From assembly GCF_001677475.2 (NCBI RefSeq), contig NZ_CP015229.1: 64,000 bases of DNA. One strand, 5' to 3'. Below the pieces are notes generated by a model. The model searched no databases. It worked only from the letters and a program-made list of their open reading frames with translations, and had not been told where the DNA came from. A program made the position numbers and the translations under genes. The stretch is from Escherichia coli (lineage in GTDB: Bacteria > Pseudomonadota > Gammaproteobacteria > Enterobacterales > Enterobacteriaceae). This document shows, piece by piece, positions 35,137 to 50,684 of the stretch. Every line of letters starts with the position of its first letter. Positions within the stretch are counted from its first letter, which is position 1.

Positions 35137-35985
35137 ATGAGAAACAAACTCTCTTTCGACTTGCAGTTGAGCGCCAGAAAAGCGGCAATCGCTGAACGGA
35201 TTGCCGCCCATAAAATTACCCGCAGCAAAGTGTCGGTCTTTTTAATGGCGATGTCCGCAGGCGTGTTTATGGCGATCGGATTTACTTTTTACCTTTCCGT
35301 TATCGCCGATGCCCCGTCTTCACAGGCATTAACCCATCTGGTGGGCGGCCTTTGCTTTACACTTGGCTTTATTTTGCTGGCGGTTTGCGGCACCAACCTG
35401 TTCACCTCGTCGGTAATGACGGTAATGGCAAAAAGTCGGGGCGTTATTAGTTGGCGAACTTGGCTGATTAATGCACTTCTGGTGGCCTGCGGTAATCTGG
35501 CAGGTATTGCCTGTTTCAGTTTGTTAATCTGGTTTTCCGGGCTGGTGATGAGTGAAAACGCGATGTGGGGAGTCGCGGTTTTACACTGCGCCGAGGGCAA
35601 AATGCATCATACATTTACTGAATCTGTCAGCCTCGGCATTATGTGCAATCTGATGGTTTGCCTGGCGCTGTGGATGAGTTATTGCGGGCGTTCATTATGC
35701 GACAAAATCGTCGCCATGATTTTGCCCATCACCCTGTTTGTCGCCAGTGGCTTTGAGCACTGTATCGCCAATTTGTTTGTGATTCCGTTCGCCATTGCCA
35801 TTCGCCATTTCGCCCCTCCCCCCTTCTGGCAACTGGCTCACAGTAGCGCAGACAATTTTCCGGCACTGACGGTCAGCCATTTTATTACCGCCAATCTGCT
35901 CCCGGTGATGCTGGGTAATATTATCGGCGGTGCAGTGCTGGTGAGTATTTGTTATCGGGCTATTTATTTACGTCAGGAACCCTGA
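35137..35985 (+). CDS. focB: formate channel (FNT family)
   Basis: 282-aa polytopic membrane ORF with formate/nitrite transporter-family sequence. Confidence 0.92.
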   Translation: MRNKLSFDLQLSARKAAIAERIAAHKITRSKVSVFLMAMSAGVFMAIGFTFYLSVIADAPSSQALTHLVGGLCFTLGFILLAVCGTNLFTSSVMTVMAKSRGVISWRTWLINALLVACGNLAGIACFSLLIWFSGLVMSENAMWGVAVLHCAEGKMHHTFTESVSLGIMCNLMVCLALWMSYCGRSLCDKIVAMILPITLFVASGFEHCIANLFVIPFAIAIRHFAPPPFWQLAHSSADNFPALTVSHFITANLLPVMLGNIIGGAVLVSICYRAIYLRQEP

Positions 35986-35990
35986 AAAAT

Positions 35991-36018
35991 CAGCCCGGCG
36001 AAACAGTTCGTCGGGCTG
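35991..36018. terminator. intergenic stem-loop between convergent focB and perM
   Basis: cagcccggcgaaacagttcgtcgggctg inverted repeat; no strong T-tract, so termination efficiency uncertain. Confidence 0.5.
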
Positions 36019-36022
36019 AAGA

Positions 36023-37084
36023 TTAATCTTGCGCGATTTGCCCATCGGGCCAGGCGTGAATCACGGCTTTGATCAGCGTCGCCAACGGAATGGCGAAGAA
36101 TACGCCCCAGAATCCCCACAAACCACCGAAGATCACCACCGATAAAATAATCACCAGCGGATGCAGGTTAACCGCTTCGGAGAACAACACCGGCACTAGC
36201 AGGTTGCCGTCCAGCGCCTGAATGATCAGATACACCGCGAAGCAGCTCCAGAATTCCGTGCCAGCACCAAACTGGAATAGCGCCACGCCAACCACCGGAA
36301 TGGTCACCACAAATGCGCCAATGTACGGAATAAGTACCGAGAAGCCGACCAGCACAGCCAGCAGCAGCGAATAGTTCAGCCCGAAGAGTAAGAATCCCAG
36401 CCAGGTGGCGATCCCCACCACGATCATCTCCAGCACTTTGCCGCGGATATAGTTGGTGATTTGTTGATTCATCTCCTTCCATACCTGTCCTGCCAGTCCA
36501 CGGTTACGTGGCAGCACCCGGCGAACGGCGTTCAGCATCTGCTCTTTGTCTTTCAGCAGGAAGAAGACCATCAATGGTACCAGCACCAGATAGACGGCAA
36601 TGGTCAGCAAACCGACCAGCGAGGCGAGGGAAATTTTCACCACCGAATCGCCCATGGTCAGCATCCGACTGCGCATATTTTCGGCCATTGCATCAATAAT
36701 GCCCGCGTCCATTAACGCCGGATAGCGGCGCGGCAACGTGGCGGCAAAGTCAGAAAGCTTATTGAGCATCCCCGGCATATCGCGGATTAAGTAGATGCCC
36801 TGTTGCCAGGCGATAGGCAGTACCACGAACGCCATCAGTAGCAATATACCGACGAAAACCACCAATACAATCGACGTCGCCCAGCGGCGGGAGCAGCCAA
36901 TAGATTGCAGGCGCACGGTTGGCCATTCCAGCAAATAGGCCAGCACAATAGCCACCAGCAACGGAGCAAGCAGGCCACTAAAGAAAAAGATAATGCCAAA
37001 TCCGGCAACTAAAATAACCAGCAAGGCAATCGCTTCCGGGTCGCTAAAACGGCGGCGATACCATTGCATCAACATTTCGAGCAT
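36023..37084 (-). CDS. perM: AI-2E family permease PerM
   Basis: 353-aa polytopic membrane ORF; K-12 position and length. Confidence 0.9.
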   Translation of the reverse strand: MLEMLMQWYRRRFSDPEAIALLVILVAGFGIIFFFSGLLAPLLVAIVLAYLLEWPTVRLQSIGCSRRWATSIVLVVFVGILLLMAFVVLPIAWQQGIYLIRDMPGMLNKLSDFAATLPRRYPALMDAGIIDAMAENMRSRMLTMGDSVVKISLASLVGLLTIAVYLVLVPLMVFFLLKDKEQMLNAVRRVLPRNRGLAGQVWKEMNQQITNYIRGKVLEMIVVGIATWLGFLLFGLNYSLLLAVLVGFSVLIPYIGAFVVTIPVVGVALFQFGAGTEFWSCFAVYLIIQALDGNLLVPVLFSEAVNLHPLVIILSVVIFGGLWGFWGVFFAIPLATLIKAVIHAWPDGQIAQD

Positions 37085-37296
37085 AAAGACCTTCCCTGAA
37101 CCTCAAGAGCGGGATTGCGATCCGCAATTGTATCGAAATGTCACAAAAAAGACTTCGCTTTTTATGACGGATTCAGGAAACTGAAAAGTCATTTGAGTGG
37201 GCTAATCTTCGCCGTTACACTCAAAGGCGGCGCGGTGGGAACGATATTTCACAGTATCGGTCAAATGACTATCTCCAGAAATACAGGATAGAGGTT

Positions 37297-38760
37297 ATGT
37301 TCAGGCAGTTGAAAAAAAACCTGGTTGCAACCCTCATTGCTGCCATGACCATTGGTCAGGTAGCCCCGGCGTTTGCCGACAGCGCAGACACCTTGCCGGA
37401 TATGGGAACCTCCGCAGGAAGCACGCTTTCCATTGGTCAGGAAATGCAGATGGGCGACTATTATGTCCGCCAGCTACGCGGCAGCGCGCCGTTAATTAAT
37501 GACCCGCTGTTAACGCAATATATTAATTCGCTGGGGATGCGTCTGGTTTCGCATGCCAATTCGGTTAAGACACCGTTTCATTTCTTTCTGATCAACAACG
37601 ACGAAATTAACGCCTTTGCTTTCTTTGGCGGCAACGTGGTGCTGCACTCTGCCCTGTTCCGTTATTCCGATAACGAAAGCCAACTGGCTTCAGTTATGGC
37701 GCACGAAATCTCCCACGTCACCCAACGTCACCTGGCGCGAGCGATGGAAGATCAGCAGCGCAGCGCGCCGCTGACCTGGGTCGGCGCGTTAGGTTCTATT
37801 TTACTGGCGATGGCCAGTCCGCAGGCGGGGATGGCTGCGCTGACCGGTACACTGGCGGGAACGCGCCAGGGGATGATCAGTTTCACCCAGCAAAATGAAC
37901 AGGAAGCGGACCGCATTGGTATTCAGGTGCTGCAACGCTCGGGATTCGATCCGCAGGCGATGCCGACCTTCCTCGAAAAATTGCTCGATCAGGCGCGTTA
38001 CTCCTCGCGTCCGCCGGAAATTTTATTGACTCACCCGTTGCCGGAAAGTCGTCTGGCAGATGCCCGCAACCGTGCTAATCAGATGCGCCCGATGGTGGTG
38101 CAGTCGTCGGAGGATTTCTATCTGGCGAAAGCGCGCACACTGGGGATGTATAATTCCGGACGTAATCAGCTCACCAGTGATTTGCTGGATGAATGGGCGA
38201 AAGGAAACGTTCGTCAGCAACGAGCGGCGCAATATGGTCGTGCTCTACAGGCGATGGAAGCCAATAAATACGACGAGGCGCGTAAAACGCTGCAACCGTT
38301 ACTGGCGGCAGAACCTGGCAATGCATGGTATCTCGATCTGGCTACCGATATCGATCTTGGGCAAAACAAAGCCAATGAGGCGATCAATCGTCTGAAAAAT
38401 GCCCGTGATTTGCGCACCAATCCGGTGTTGCAGCTCAACCTGGCGAACGCTTATCTGCAAGGCGGCCAACCACAAGAAGCGGCCAATATTCTCAATCGCT
38501 ACACCTTTAATAATAAAGATGACAGCAATGGCTGGGATTTACTGGCACAGGCGGAGGCCGCGCTAAATAACCGCGATCAGGAACTGGCTGCGCGAGCAGA
38601 AGGTTATGCGCTCGCCGGGCGACTCGATCAGGCCATTTCCTTGTTGAGTAGCGCCAGTTCTCAGGTGAAATTAGGCAGCCTGCAACAAGCGCGTTACGAT
38701 GCGCGCATCGACCAGTTGCGCCAGCTGCAAGAACGCTTTAAGCCTTATACCAAGATGTAA
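37297..38760 (+). CDS. bepA: beta-barrel assembly-enhancing protease BepA (M48 peptidase plus TPR)
   Basis: 487-aa ORF, signal peptide, HEISH zinc motif, C-terminal TPR repeats. Confidence 0.93.
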
Positions 38761-38780
38761 TTCGCATTAAAGGAAGAACA

Positions 38781-39140
38781 ATGACCAAACAGGTAAAAAT
38801 CTACCATAACCCACGCTGTTCAAAGAGCCGGGAAACGCTGAACCTGCTGAAAGAAAACGGCGTGGAGCCAGAAGTGGTGCTCTACCTTGAGACACCCGCC
38901 GATGCGGCAACGCTGCGCGATTTGCTGAAAATGCTGGGGATGAATAGCGCCCGTGAATTGATGCGCCAGAAAGAGGATCTTTATAAAGAACTGAACCTGG
39001 CTGACAGTTCGCTTAGCGAAGAGGCGCTGATTCAGGCAATGGTGGATAATCCGAAGCTGATGGAGCGCCCGATTGTGGTCGCGAATGGCAAAGCGCGGAT
39101 TGGTCGTCCACCGGAGCAGGTACTGGAAATCGTGGGTTAA
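38781..39140 (+). CDS. yfgD: ArsC-family arsenate reductase-like protein YfgD
   Basis: 119-aa ORF with N-terminal active-site Cys (YHNPRCSKSR). Confidence 0.9.
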   Translation: MTKQVKIYHNPRCSKSRETLNLLKENGVEPEVVLYLETPADAATLRDLLKMLGMNSARELMRQKEDLYKELNLADSSLSEEALIQAMVDNPKLMERPIVVANGKARIGRPPEQVLEIVG

Positions 39141-39169
39141 GATGTGCTCCATCGCTAGTTGAAGCACAT

Positions 39170-39264
39170 TGCCGGATGCGACGCTTGCCACGTCTTATCC
39201 GGCCTACGAATACTATGGATTAACTTCGCGTAGTTCGGATAAGGCGTTCGCGCCGCATCCGACA
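39170..39264. repeat. BIME (two inverted REP units)
   Basis: tgccggatgcgacgcttgccacgtcttatccggcctacg and cggataaggcgttcgcgccgcatccgaca between yfgD and hda. Confidence 0.8.
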
Positions 39265-39277
39265 ATAAACACCTTAT

Positions 39278-39979
39278 CTACAACTTCAGAATTTCTTTCA
39301 CAAACGGAATGGTCAGCTTACGTTGCGCGGTAATCGACGCACGATCCAACTGATCCAACGTCATAAATAGCGTGCGCATTTCTCTGTCGAGCCGCTTCAG
39401 CAAGAAACGCCCCACATCTTCCGGCAGTTCAAAACCACGCAAACGCGCGCGTAACTGTAGCGCCTGCAACTTATCTTCATCAGAAAGTGGCTGCAATTTG
39501 TAGATCTGCCCCCAGTCGAGACGCGACGCGAGATCCGGTAATCCAAGATTCAACTGCCGCGGTGGACGATCGCCGGTGATTAACAACCGTGTTTTGCCCG
39601 ATTCCAGAATTCGATTGTAGAGATCGAAAATCGCCATCTCCCACAACTCATCGCCTGCAATACACTCAATGTTGTCGATACAGACCAGCGACAAATGCTC
39701 CATACCGTCGAGCACTTCCGGAACAAACCAGGTGCGTTTATCCAGCGGGACATAGCCCACCGCATCGCCACGCTGCGACAATTCCGCGCAAGCCGCGTGC
39801 AGCAGATGGCTGCGCCCCGCGCCTTCGCGTGCCCAGAGATAGATGTAACCGCTATGTTCCTGACGCAGCACGTTTTGCAGCGCGGCCAGTAAAGAGGAGT
39901 TATCCCCCGGCCAGAAACTTGCAAAGGTTTCGTCGTCAGGAAGATAAAGTGGCAAAGAGAGCTGTGCCGGTGTGTTCAG
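39278..39979 (-). CDS. hda: DnaA regulatory inactivator Hda
   Basis: ORF track gives 248 aa from an upstream start; functional K-12 Hda is 233 aa from a non-AUG (CUG) start at ...LNTPAQLSL; end chosen accordingly. AAA+ Walker motifs present. Confidence 0.85.
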
Positions 39980-40073
39980 AGATACCTCAACCAGGATTTC
40001 ACAAAATCGCGAGAAGTTTACCACAGAATCCCATGATGTTTGAACCGGGCAGCAATACTGCCCGGTCGGTACA

Positions 40074-41363
40074 TTATTTGTCTGTTATATCCGCGTCTTC
40101 TGCGTCCAGCACCACTTCTTCAGGGCGCAGCACACTAATCAGTTTGAAGATCAAACTTAAGCCGATACCGACGATGGTCGCCAGCGCCATACCTTTCAAC
40201 TCCGCCGCGCCGATGTTTACCTTCGCGCCACTGACACCGATGATCAAAATCACGGAAGTCAGGATCAGGTTCTGTGCTTTGTTGTAATCCACTTTCGATT
40301 CGATCAAAACACGAATACCGGAAGCCCCGATGACACCATAAAGCAGCAGCGAAACGCCGCCCATCACCGGCAATGGGATCATCTGGATAGCAGCAGCCAG
40401 TTTACCGACGCAGGAAAGCAGGATAGCGAAAATCGCCGCCCCGCCGATAACCCAGGTACTGTAAACACGGGTGATCGCCATCACGCCAATGTTTTCCCCG
40501 TAGGTGGTGTTTGGCGTGGAGCCAAAGAAGCCGGAGATCACGGTCGACAAGCCGTTAGCAAACATCGAACGGTGCAGACCTGGATCGCGCAGCAGATCTT
40601 TTTTGACGATATTAGCCGTTACTACCAGGTGCCCTACGTGTTCGGCAATAACCACTAACGCCGCTGGCAGAATTGTCAGAATGGCAAACCACTCGAAGCG
40701 CGGCGTATAGAGGGTTGGCAGCGCAAACCAGTGAGCATTAATAATCGGCGTGGTATCGACAATTCCCATTGCGAAAGAGAGCGCGTAGCCCACCAGCACG
40801 CCAATTAAAATCGGGATAATTGCCAGGAAACCACGAAACAGCACGGAACCTAAAACCGTAACCGCCAGGGTGGTAATGGAGATGATGATGGTTTTGGAGT
40901 CTGGCGTTTGCCCTTCAGCCGGGAGTAAACCCGCCATACCGGCAGCTACGCCCGCCAGCTCCAGACCGATGACGGCAACGATTGCGCCCATTGCCGCAGG
41001 TGGAAACAGCACGTCCAGCCAGCCGGTCCCCGCTTTCTTCACGATAAAAGAAACCAGGCAGAACAGCACGCCGCACATAATAAAGCCGCCCAGCGCGACT
41101 TCATACCCCAACGGCAACAGTAACAATACCGGTGAAATAAAGGCAAAGCTGGAACCAAGATAAGCCGGAATTTTCCCTTTACAGATGAAGAGATACAGCA
41201 GCGTTCCAATACCGTTAAATAACAGTACAGTCGCCGGGTTAATATGAAATAAGACGGGCACCAGGACGGTTGCACCAAACATGGCGAACAAATGTTGCAA
41301 ACTAAGCGGGATTGTCTGTAAAAGTGGCGGTCTTTCACTCACCCCGATAGCACGGCGCGTCAT
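40074..41363 (-). CDS. uraA: uracil:H+ symporter
   Basis: ORF 40074..41405 trimmed to 429 aa ([15 protein letters not shown]...); NCS2-family membrane protein. Confidence 0.93.
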   Translation of the reverse strand: MTRRAIGVSERPPLLQTIPLSLQHLFAMFGATVLVPVLFHINPATVLLFNGIGTLLYLFICKGKIPAYLGSSFAFISPVLLLLPLGYEVALGGFIMCGVLFCLVSFIVKKAGTGWLDVLFPPAAMGAIVAVIGLELAGVAAGMAGLLPAEGQTPDSKTIIISITTLAVTVLGSVLFRGFLAIIPILIGVLVGYALSFAMGIVDTTPIINAHWFALPTLYTPRFEWFAILTILPAALVVIAEHVGHLVVTANIVKKDLLRDPGLHRSMFANGLSTVISGFFGSTPNTTYGENIGVMAITRVYSTWVIGGAAIFAILLSCVGKLAAAIQMIPLPVMGGVSLLLYGVIGASGIRVLIESKVDYNKAQNLILTSVILIIGVSGAKVNIGAAELKGMALATIVGIGLSLIFKLISVLRPEEVVLDAEDADITDK

Positions 41364-41402
41364 AGTATTATCCTCTGTATTATGTGTTATAGGCGCTTTA
41401 CT

Positions 41403-41431
41403 CAAAAAAAAGCCGACTCTTAAAGTCGGCT
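41403..41431 (-). terminator. intrinsic terminator/attenuator between upp and uraA
   Basis: On minus strand: aaagccgactttaagagtcggctttttttt directly after the upp stop. Confidence 0.75.
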
Positions 41432-41448
41432 TTAATTATTTTTATTCT

Positions 41449-42075
41449 TTATTTCGTACCAAAGATTTTGTCACCGGCATCGCCGAGGCCCGGAATAATG
41501 TATCCGTGCTCGTTCAGTCCCTGGTCAATCGATGCAGTATACAGTTCGACGTCCGGGTGCGCTTTTTCCAGCGCAGCGATACCTTCTGGCGCAGCTACCA
41601 GCACCAGAACTTTGATGCTGCTGCAGCCCGCTTTTTTCAGCAGGTCGATGGTCGCGATAACGGAACCACCGGTTGCCAGCATTGGGTCAACGATCAGCGC
41701 CATACGCTCATCGATGTTAGAAACCAGTTTCTGGAAGTACGGTACCGGCTCCAGCGTTTCTTCATTACGGTACATACCGACGACGCTGATACGCGCGCTC
41801 GGAACGTTTTCCAGCACACCGTCCATCATCCCCAGACCCGCACGCAGAATTGGCACAACGGTAATTTTCTTACCTTTGATCTGGTCGATTTCTACCGGGC
41901 CGTTCCAGCCTTCGATAGTTACTTTTTCCGTTTCGAGGTCGGCGGTCGCTTCGTAAGTCAGCAGGCTACCCACTTCGGAAGCGAGTTCGCGAAAGCGCTT
42001 GGTGCTGATATCTTGCTCACGCATCAGTCCCAGCTTGTGTTTGACGAGTGGGTGTTTGACTTCCACGATCTTCAT
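41449..42075 (-). CDS. upp: uracil phosphoribosyltransferase
   Basis: ORF 41449..42102 trimmed to 208 aa ([14 protein letters not shown]...); RBS GGAG. Confidence 0.94.
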
Positions 42076-42100
42076 ACTCTTTCTCCTTTGAGGGGCAGCC

Positions 42101-42114
42101 ACAAAAAAAATCGA
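42101..42114 (-). promoter_or_regulatory. upp initially transcribed U-tract (UTP-sensitive reiterative transcription site)
   Basis: Minus-strand GATTTTTTTTG lies ~25 nt upstream of the upp RBS. Confidence 0.55.
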
Positions 42115-42319
42115 CGGATTATACCTCCTTTCTTCAAGGCGGCAATATTATTTTCGTTGACTTTAGTCAAAATGATAACGGTTTGAGATAAAGTTATTTT
42201 ATATTCAAATGGTTATGGGAGAAGATTATTCCATCCGAAAACGATCCTTTGCCCTGGTACAAGTATTCTTTCGCCGCGCGCCTGGGGAAAAGACGTGCAA
42301 AAAGGTTGTGTAAAGCAGT

Positions 42320-42335
42320 CTCGCAAACGTTTGCT
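42320..42335 (+). promoter_or_regulatory. PurR operator (pur box) of purMN
   Basis: tcgcaaacgtttgctt, close match to pur box consensus, ~65 bp upstream of purM start. Confidence 0.75.
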
Positions 42336-42381
42336 TTCCCTGTTAGAATTGCGCCGAATTTTATTTTTCTACCGCAAGTAA

Positions 42382-43436
<1,055 letters not shown>

Positions 43437-43437
<1 letters not shown>

Positions 43438-44075
43438 TGAATATTGTGGTGCTTATTTCCGGCAACGGAAGTAATTTACAGGCAATTATTGACGCCTGTA
43501 AAACCAACAAAATTAAAGGCACCGTACGGGCAGTTTTCAGCAATAAGGCCGACGCGTTCGGCCTTGAACGCGCCCGCCAGGCGGGTATTGCAACGCATAC
43601 GCTCATCGCCAGCGCGTTTGACAGTCGTGAAGCCTATGACCGGGAGTTGATTCATGAAATCGACATGTACGCACCCGATGTGGTCGTGCTGGCTGGTTTT
43701 ATGCGCATTCTCAGCCCGGCGTTTGTCTCCCACTATGCCGGGCGTTTGCTGAACATTCACCCTTCTCTGCTGCCGAAATATCCCGGATTACACACCCATC
43801 GTCAGGCGCTGGAAAATGGCGATGAAGAGCACGGTACATCGGTGCATTTCGTCACCGATGAACTGGACGGTGGCCCGGTTATTTTACAGGCGAAAGTCCC
43901 GGTATTTGCTGGTGATACGGAAGATGACATTACCGCCCGCGTGCAAACCCAGGAACACGCTATTTATCCACTGGTGATTAGCTGGTTTGCCGATGGTCGT
44001 CTGAAAATGCACGAAAACGCCGCGTGGCTGGATGGTCAACGTCTGCCGCCGCAGGGCTACGCTGCCGACGAGTAA
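43437..44075 (+). CDS. purN: GAR transformylase
   Basis: 212-aa ORF; ATG overlaps purM stop by 1 nt. Confidence 0.94.
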
Positions 44076-44246
44076 TACCCCCGTAATTAAAGCGCCAGCT
44101 CTGCCGCTGGCGTTTTTCAATTCACCTGTAAATCGCAAGCTCCAGCAGTTTTTTTCCCCCTTTTCTGGCATAGTTGGACATCTGCCAATATTGCTCGCCA
44201 TAATATCCAGGCAGTGTCCCGTGAATAAAACGGAGTAAAAGTGGTA

Positions 44247-47859
<3,613 letters not shown>

Positions 47860-47865
47860 TACTTT

Positions 47866-47892
47866 GCGGGCCGACGAGAAATGTCGGCCCGC
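47866..47892. terminator. GC-rich stem-loop between convergent ppx and pdeF
   Basis: gcgggccgacgagaaatgtcggcccgc inverted repeat; weak T-tract. Confidence 0.55.
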
Positions 47893-47897
47893 ATTAT

Positions 47898-50141
47898 TCA
47901 GGCACTTTCGCGAATGGGTTCGATTTCATTCAACGTATCAATTAACGGCTGCGGCTTACCAATAAGATAACCCTGCATATAATCGATCCCCAAAGAGAGC
48001 ACCGCCTCGCGGATCTCTTCGTTTTCAACGTACTCTGCCACTACCAGCATTTTCTTCATTCGCGCCAGGTGGCAAATCGATGCCACTATCTGATAATCCA
48101 GACTATTTGACACAATATTGCGGATAAAACTGCCGTCAATTTTAAGCAGATCGGCATTCACATTTTTAAGCCGCGCATAGCTGGCGTAGCCGGTGCCGAA
48201 ATCATCAATCGCAATCTGGCAGCCTAATTCCTGAAGATGCTGCAAGGTGATTTGCGCCTGCTTAACATTGGTCAGAGCATTACTTTCGGTGACTTCAAAA
48301 ATAAGTTGCCACGCTTCAATCTGATATTTAGCCAGCAACTGACTGACTTCAACAGGAAAACGAGCCTGACATACCGAGGTTGGAGACAGATTAATAGCAA
48401 AACGGTGAGCGGGCATCTTCGCTCTGTTTTCAGCCATAAATTGCAGCGTATGCTCAATGACCCACATGTCGATACTCGACGATAAACCAAATTCGTGCGC
48501 GACCGGCAAGAAGCTATCGGGGCTGATCAATTCATCATTCTCACCTTTCATGCGCAGAAGAATTTCATGGTAAACATCACCACGCATACCGGTAATCGGC
48601 TGGGCCATCAGGAAAAAATGGTTGTGTTCCAGCGCCTGCTGTAGTCGATTCATCATCGCGACTTTATCTTTCAATTCGCGTTGCAAATACATTGCCCCGC
48701 GACGCTGCATATTTTCCGGGGCGTTGGTCACGATGGAAAGTTCGGCGACCGTATTTAGCTCTCCCAGCAGCAGGTAGATATGATTCACTGGCGAGCGCAC
48801 ATAGCAGTAACTGACGCCAATCTGCGGTTGCATCGGCATGCCATCCCAAAAGAAACGAAATTGCTTGAGATGGCTATCCAGTGCGGTAATGCGCTCCTGG
48901 TGCGATTCTGTATTCAGTCGCAGCGCGAGATCGTTACCCGAAAGCTGATAAACATCTTCACCCGGTTCCAGCAAGGGTGACAGCCAGTGAGAAAGTTTTT
49001 GCTTGTATTGAATCCGCAGCATGATGCCATAGTTCTTAACCAGCATTTCCATGCCAGGGATGCGTAAATAACAAAGCGCAGACCAGGGGGCATCACGCAA
49101 CGCGCGATTCAGGGCGCGAACATTTGGCAGATGAACCACCGGGTCCACATACGCAAGCCGCTGAATGCGTCTGACTACCGTTCTCTGACGGGTTGCCAGT
49201 ACAGCCATATAATTGACAATAAAAGAGAATACCAGATAACTGGAGGAGGTTATGGTCAGCTGCGTGGTATAGCCAGGATAAATGGGAATGTAATTTTGAT
49301 AGCTGTGGATGCTGATCATCAACACGACCGCCCAGAGCAGCGAAATCAGCTTATAACCATAGCGCATCGCTCCCCACATCATCAGGGGCAGCAATAATGA
49401 CAAGGTATAGTTGGTGCTAAAAATTGTGCTTTTTTCATTTAACGGCATGCATAACAGCAACAGTAAAGCACCTAATGCCAGTAGCCAGAGTGCGAACTCT
49501 TTTTTGGTGACTTTGACATCAACCTGCTGTTTTAATTGCGAATAATAGCTACGTAAATAAAATGGATTTCGCACTACCCGAATGATGAAGTAGCACAGCG
49601 GGACACCGATCAGATTACCCACCAGTAAGGCCTGATAATTGATTAAAGTCCCGAGGTTAAAAGGCATGACACCGACCAGATTTTCTCTACTCGCCAGTAA
49701 TCCTACAAATGCGGCAAACTGGAAAAGTATCAGAAACAGCGTTGCAGGAAACACAATCTGCCAGAATATACGCTGGGAAATTAAACGGGTATCACCATGT
49801 GAAACGTTGTTACGCCGGGGAGTAAAGACCCTGTAACCGCCCCAACAGAGAATGATAATGATAATAAAATTAGCCGTTAACGAGAGCGTTTCGTAAAAAC
49901 CCAGCTCTGAATATTTGCGGACAAAAATCCCTAAGGCGATCCCTGGCAATGCCGCCCAGCTGAAAAACATCATCATGCTGATCATCAGTGCCAGAGGCAG
50001 ATAAAAGAGAAAAACCTCACCGGAAGAAATATGCGCGAAAGTATTGATGTGGCCGAAAATGGGCAAGATTAAAGAAGGCAGGAACAGCGGAAGCCCCCAC
50101 CATTTATCACGTATTTTTATATAGGTTGCATTCAGTTTCAT
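47898..50141 (-). CDS. pdeF: c-di-GMP phosphodiesterase PdeF (MASE1 - degenerate GGDEF - EAL)
   Basis: 747-aa ORF; hydrophobic N-terminal half and C-terminal EAL domain (QPITGMRGDVYHEILLRM...). Confidence 0.92.
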   Translation of the reverse strand: MKLNATYIKIRDKWWGLPLFLPSLILPIFGHINTFAHISSGEVFLFYLPLALMISMMMFFSWAALPGIALGIFVRKYSELGFYETLSLTANFIIIIILCWGGYRVFTPRRNNVSHGDTRLISQRIFWQIVFPATLFLILFQFAAFVGLLASRENLVGVMPFNLGTLINYQALLVGNLIGVPLCYFIIRVVRNPFYLRSYYSQLKQQVDVKVTKKEFALWLLALGALLLLLCMPLNEKSTIFSTNYTLSLLLPLMMWGAMRYGYKLISLLWAVVLMISIHSYQNYIPIYPGYTTQLTITSSSYLVFSFIVNYMAVLATRQRTVVRRIQRLAYVDPVVHLPNVRALNRALRDAPWSALCYLRIPGMEMLVKNYGIMLRIQYKQKLSHWLSPLLEPGEDVYQLSGNDLALRLNTESHQERITALDSHLKQFRFFWDGMPMQPQIGVSYCYVRSPVNHIYLLLGELNTVAELSIVTNAPENMQRRGAMYLQRELKDKVAMMNRLQQALEHNHFFLMAQPITGMRGDVYHEILLRMKGENDELISPDSFLPVAHEFGLSSSIDMWVIEHTLQFMAENRAKMPAHRFAINLSPTSVCQARFPVEVSQLLAKYQIEAWQLIFEVTESNALTNVKQAQITLQHLQELGCQIAIDDFGTGYASYARLKNVNADLLKIDGSFIRNIVSNSLDYQIVASICHLARMKKMLVVAEYVENEEIREAVLSLGIDYMQGYLIGKPQPLIDTLNEIEPIRESA

Positions 50142-50268
50142 AGATGCTCAGCAGAATCCCCCACATCCTGAAGGAGGTGTATTCAGACAGGCATCCCACC
50201 TGACTTCGAATGATGATTATTCATCACTATAGAGAGCATTAATTCTAAGTGTCATATGAAAGTTCCAA

Positions 50269-50282
50269 TTGATATATATCAA
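50269..50282. promoter_or_regulatory. FNR binding site upstream of pdeF
   Basis: ttgatatatatcaa is a perfect TTGAT-N4-ATCAA palindrome ~130 bp upstream of the pdeF start codon. Confidence 0.7.
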
Positions 50283-50492
50283 ACAAAATAACCCTGATTA
50301 ATGAATTATTACGTTTATCATGTTAATTCATCATTATTACATCATCATTGTAAATAATTAAATTAACTTCCATAACATTAAAATATGTATCCACTGACGC
50401 TTTTTTACATAACGAAGAATTGACCATTTTGTCCTGTTGTGCCTTAATGTAAGTACCGTCCACTGCGTGGGACATACTTCAAGGAACCTTTT

Positions 50493-50684
50493 GTGAGTCA
50501 GGCAACCAGTATGCGAAAACGACACCGATTTAACAGTCGCATGACCCGTATCGTACTGCTCATCAGCTTTATCTTCTTCTTTGGCCGTTTTATCTACTCG
50601 TCCGTCGGTGCATGGCAGCACCATCAGAGCAAAAAAGAAGCTCAGCAATCCACACTCTCCGTCGAATCACCGGTACAACGTTAG
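50493..50684 (+). CDS. yfgG: 63-aa small membrane protein YfgG
   Basis: ORF encoding MSQATSMRKRHRFNSRMTRIVLLISFIFFFGRFIYSS... with one TM helix; flanked by very AT-rich DNA. Confidence 0.8.
   Translation: MSQATSMRKRHRFNSRMTRIVLLISFIFFFGRFIYSSVGAWQHHQSKKEAQQSTLSVESPVQR

Noticed and set aside
41281-42186. 301-aa plus-strand ORF overlapping upp and the uraA 5' end in antisense
   Set aside because: Shadow ORF of upp/uraA; translation is not protein-like and there is no start context.
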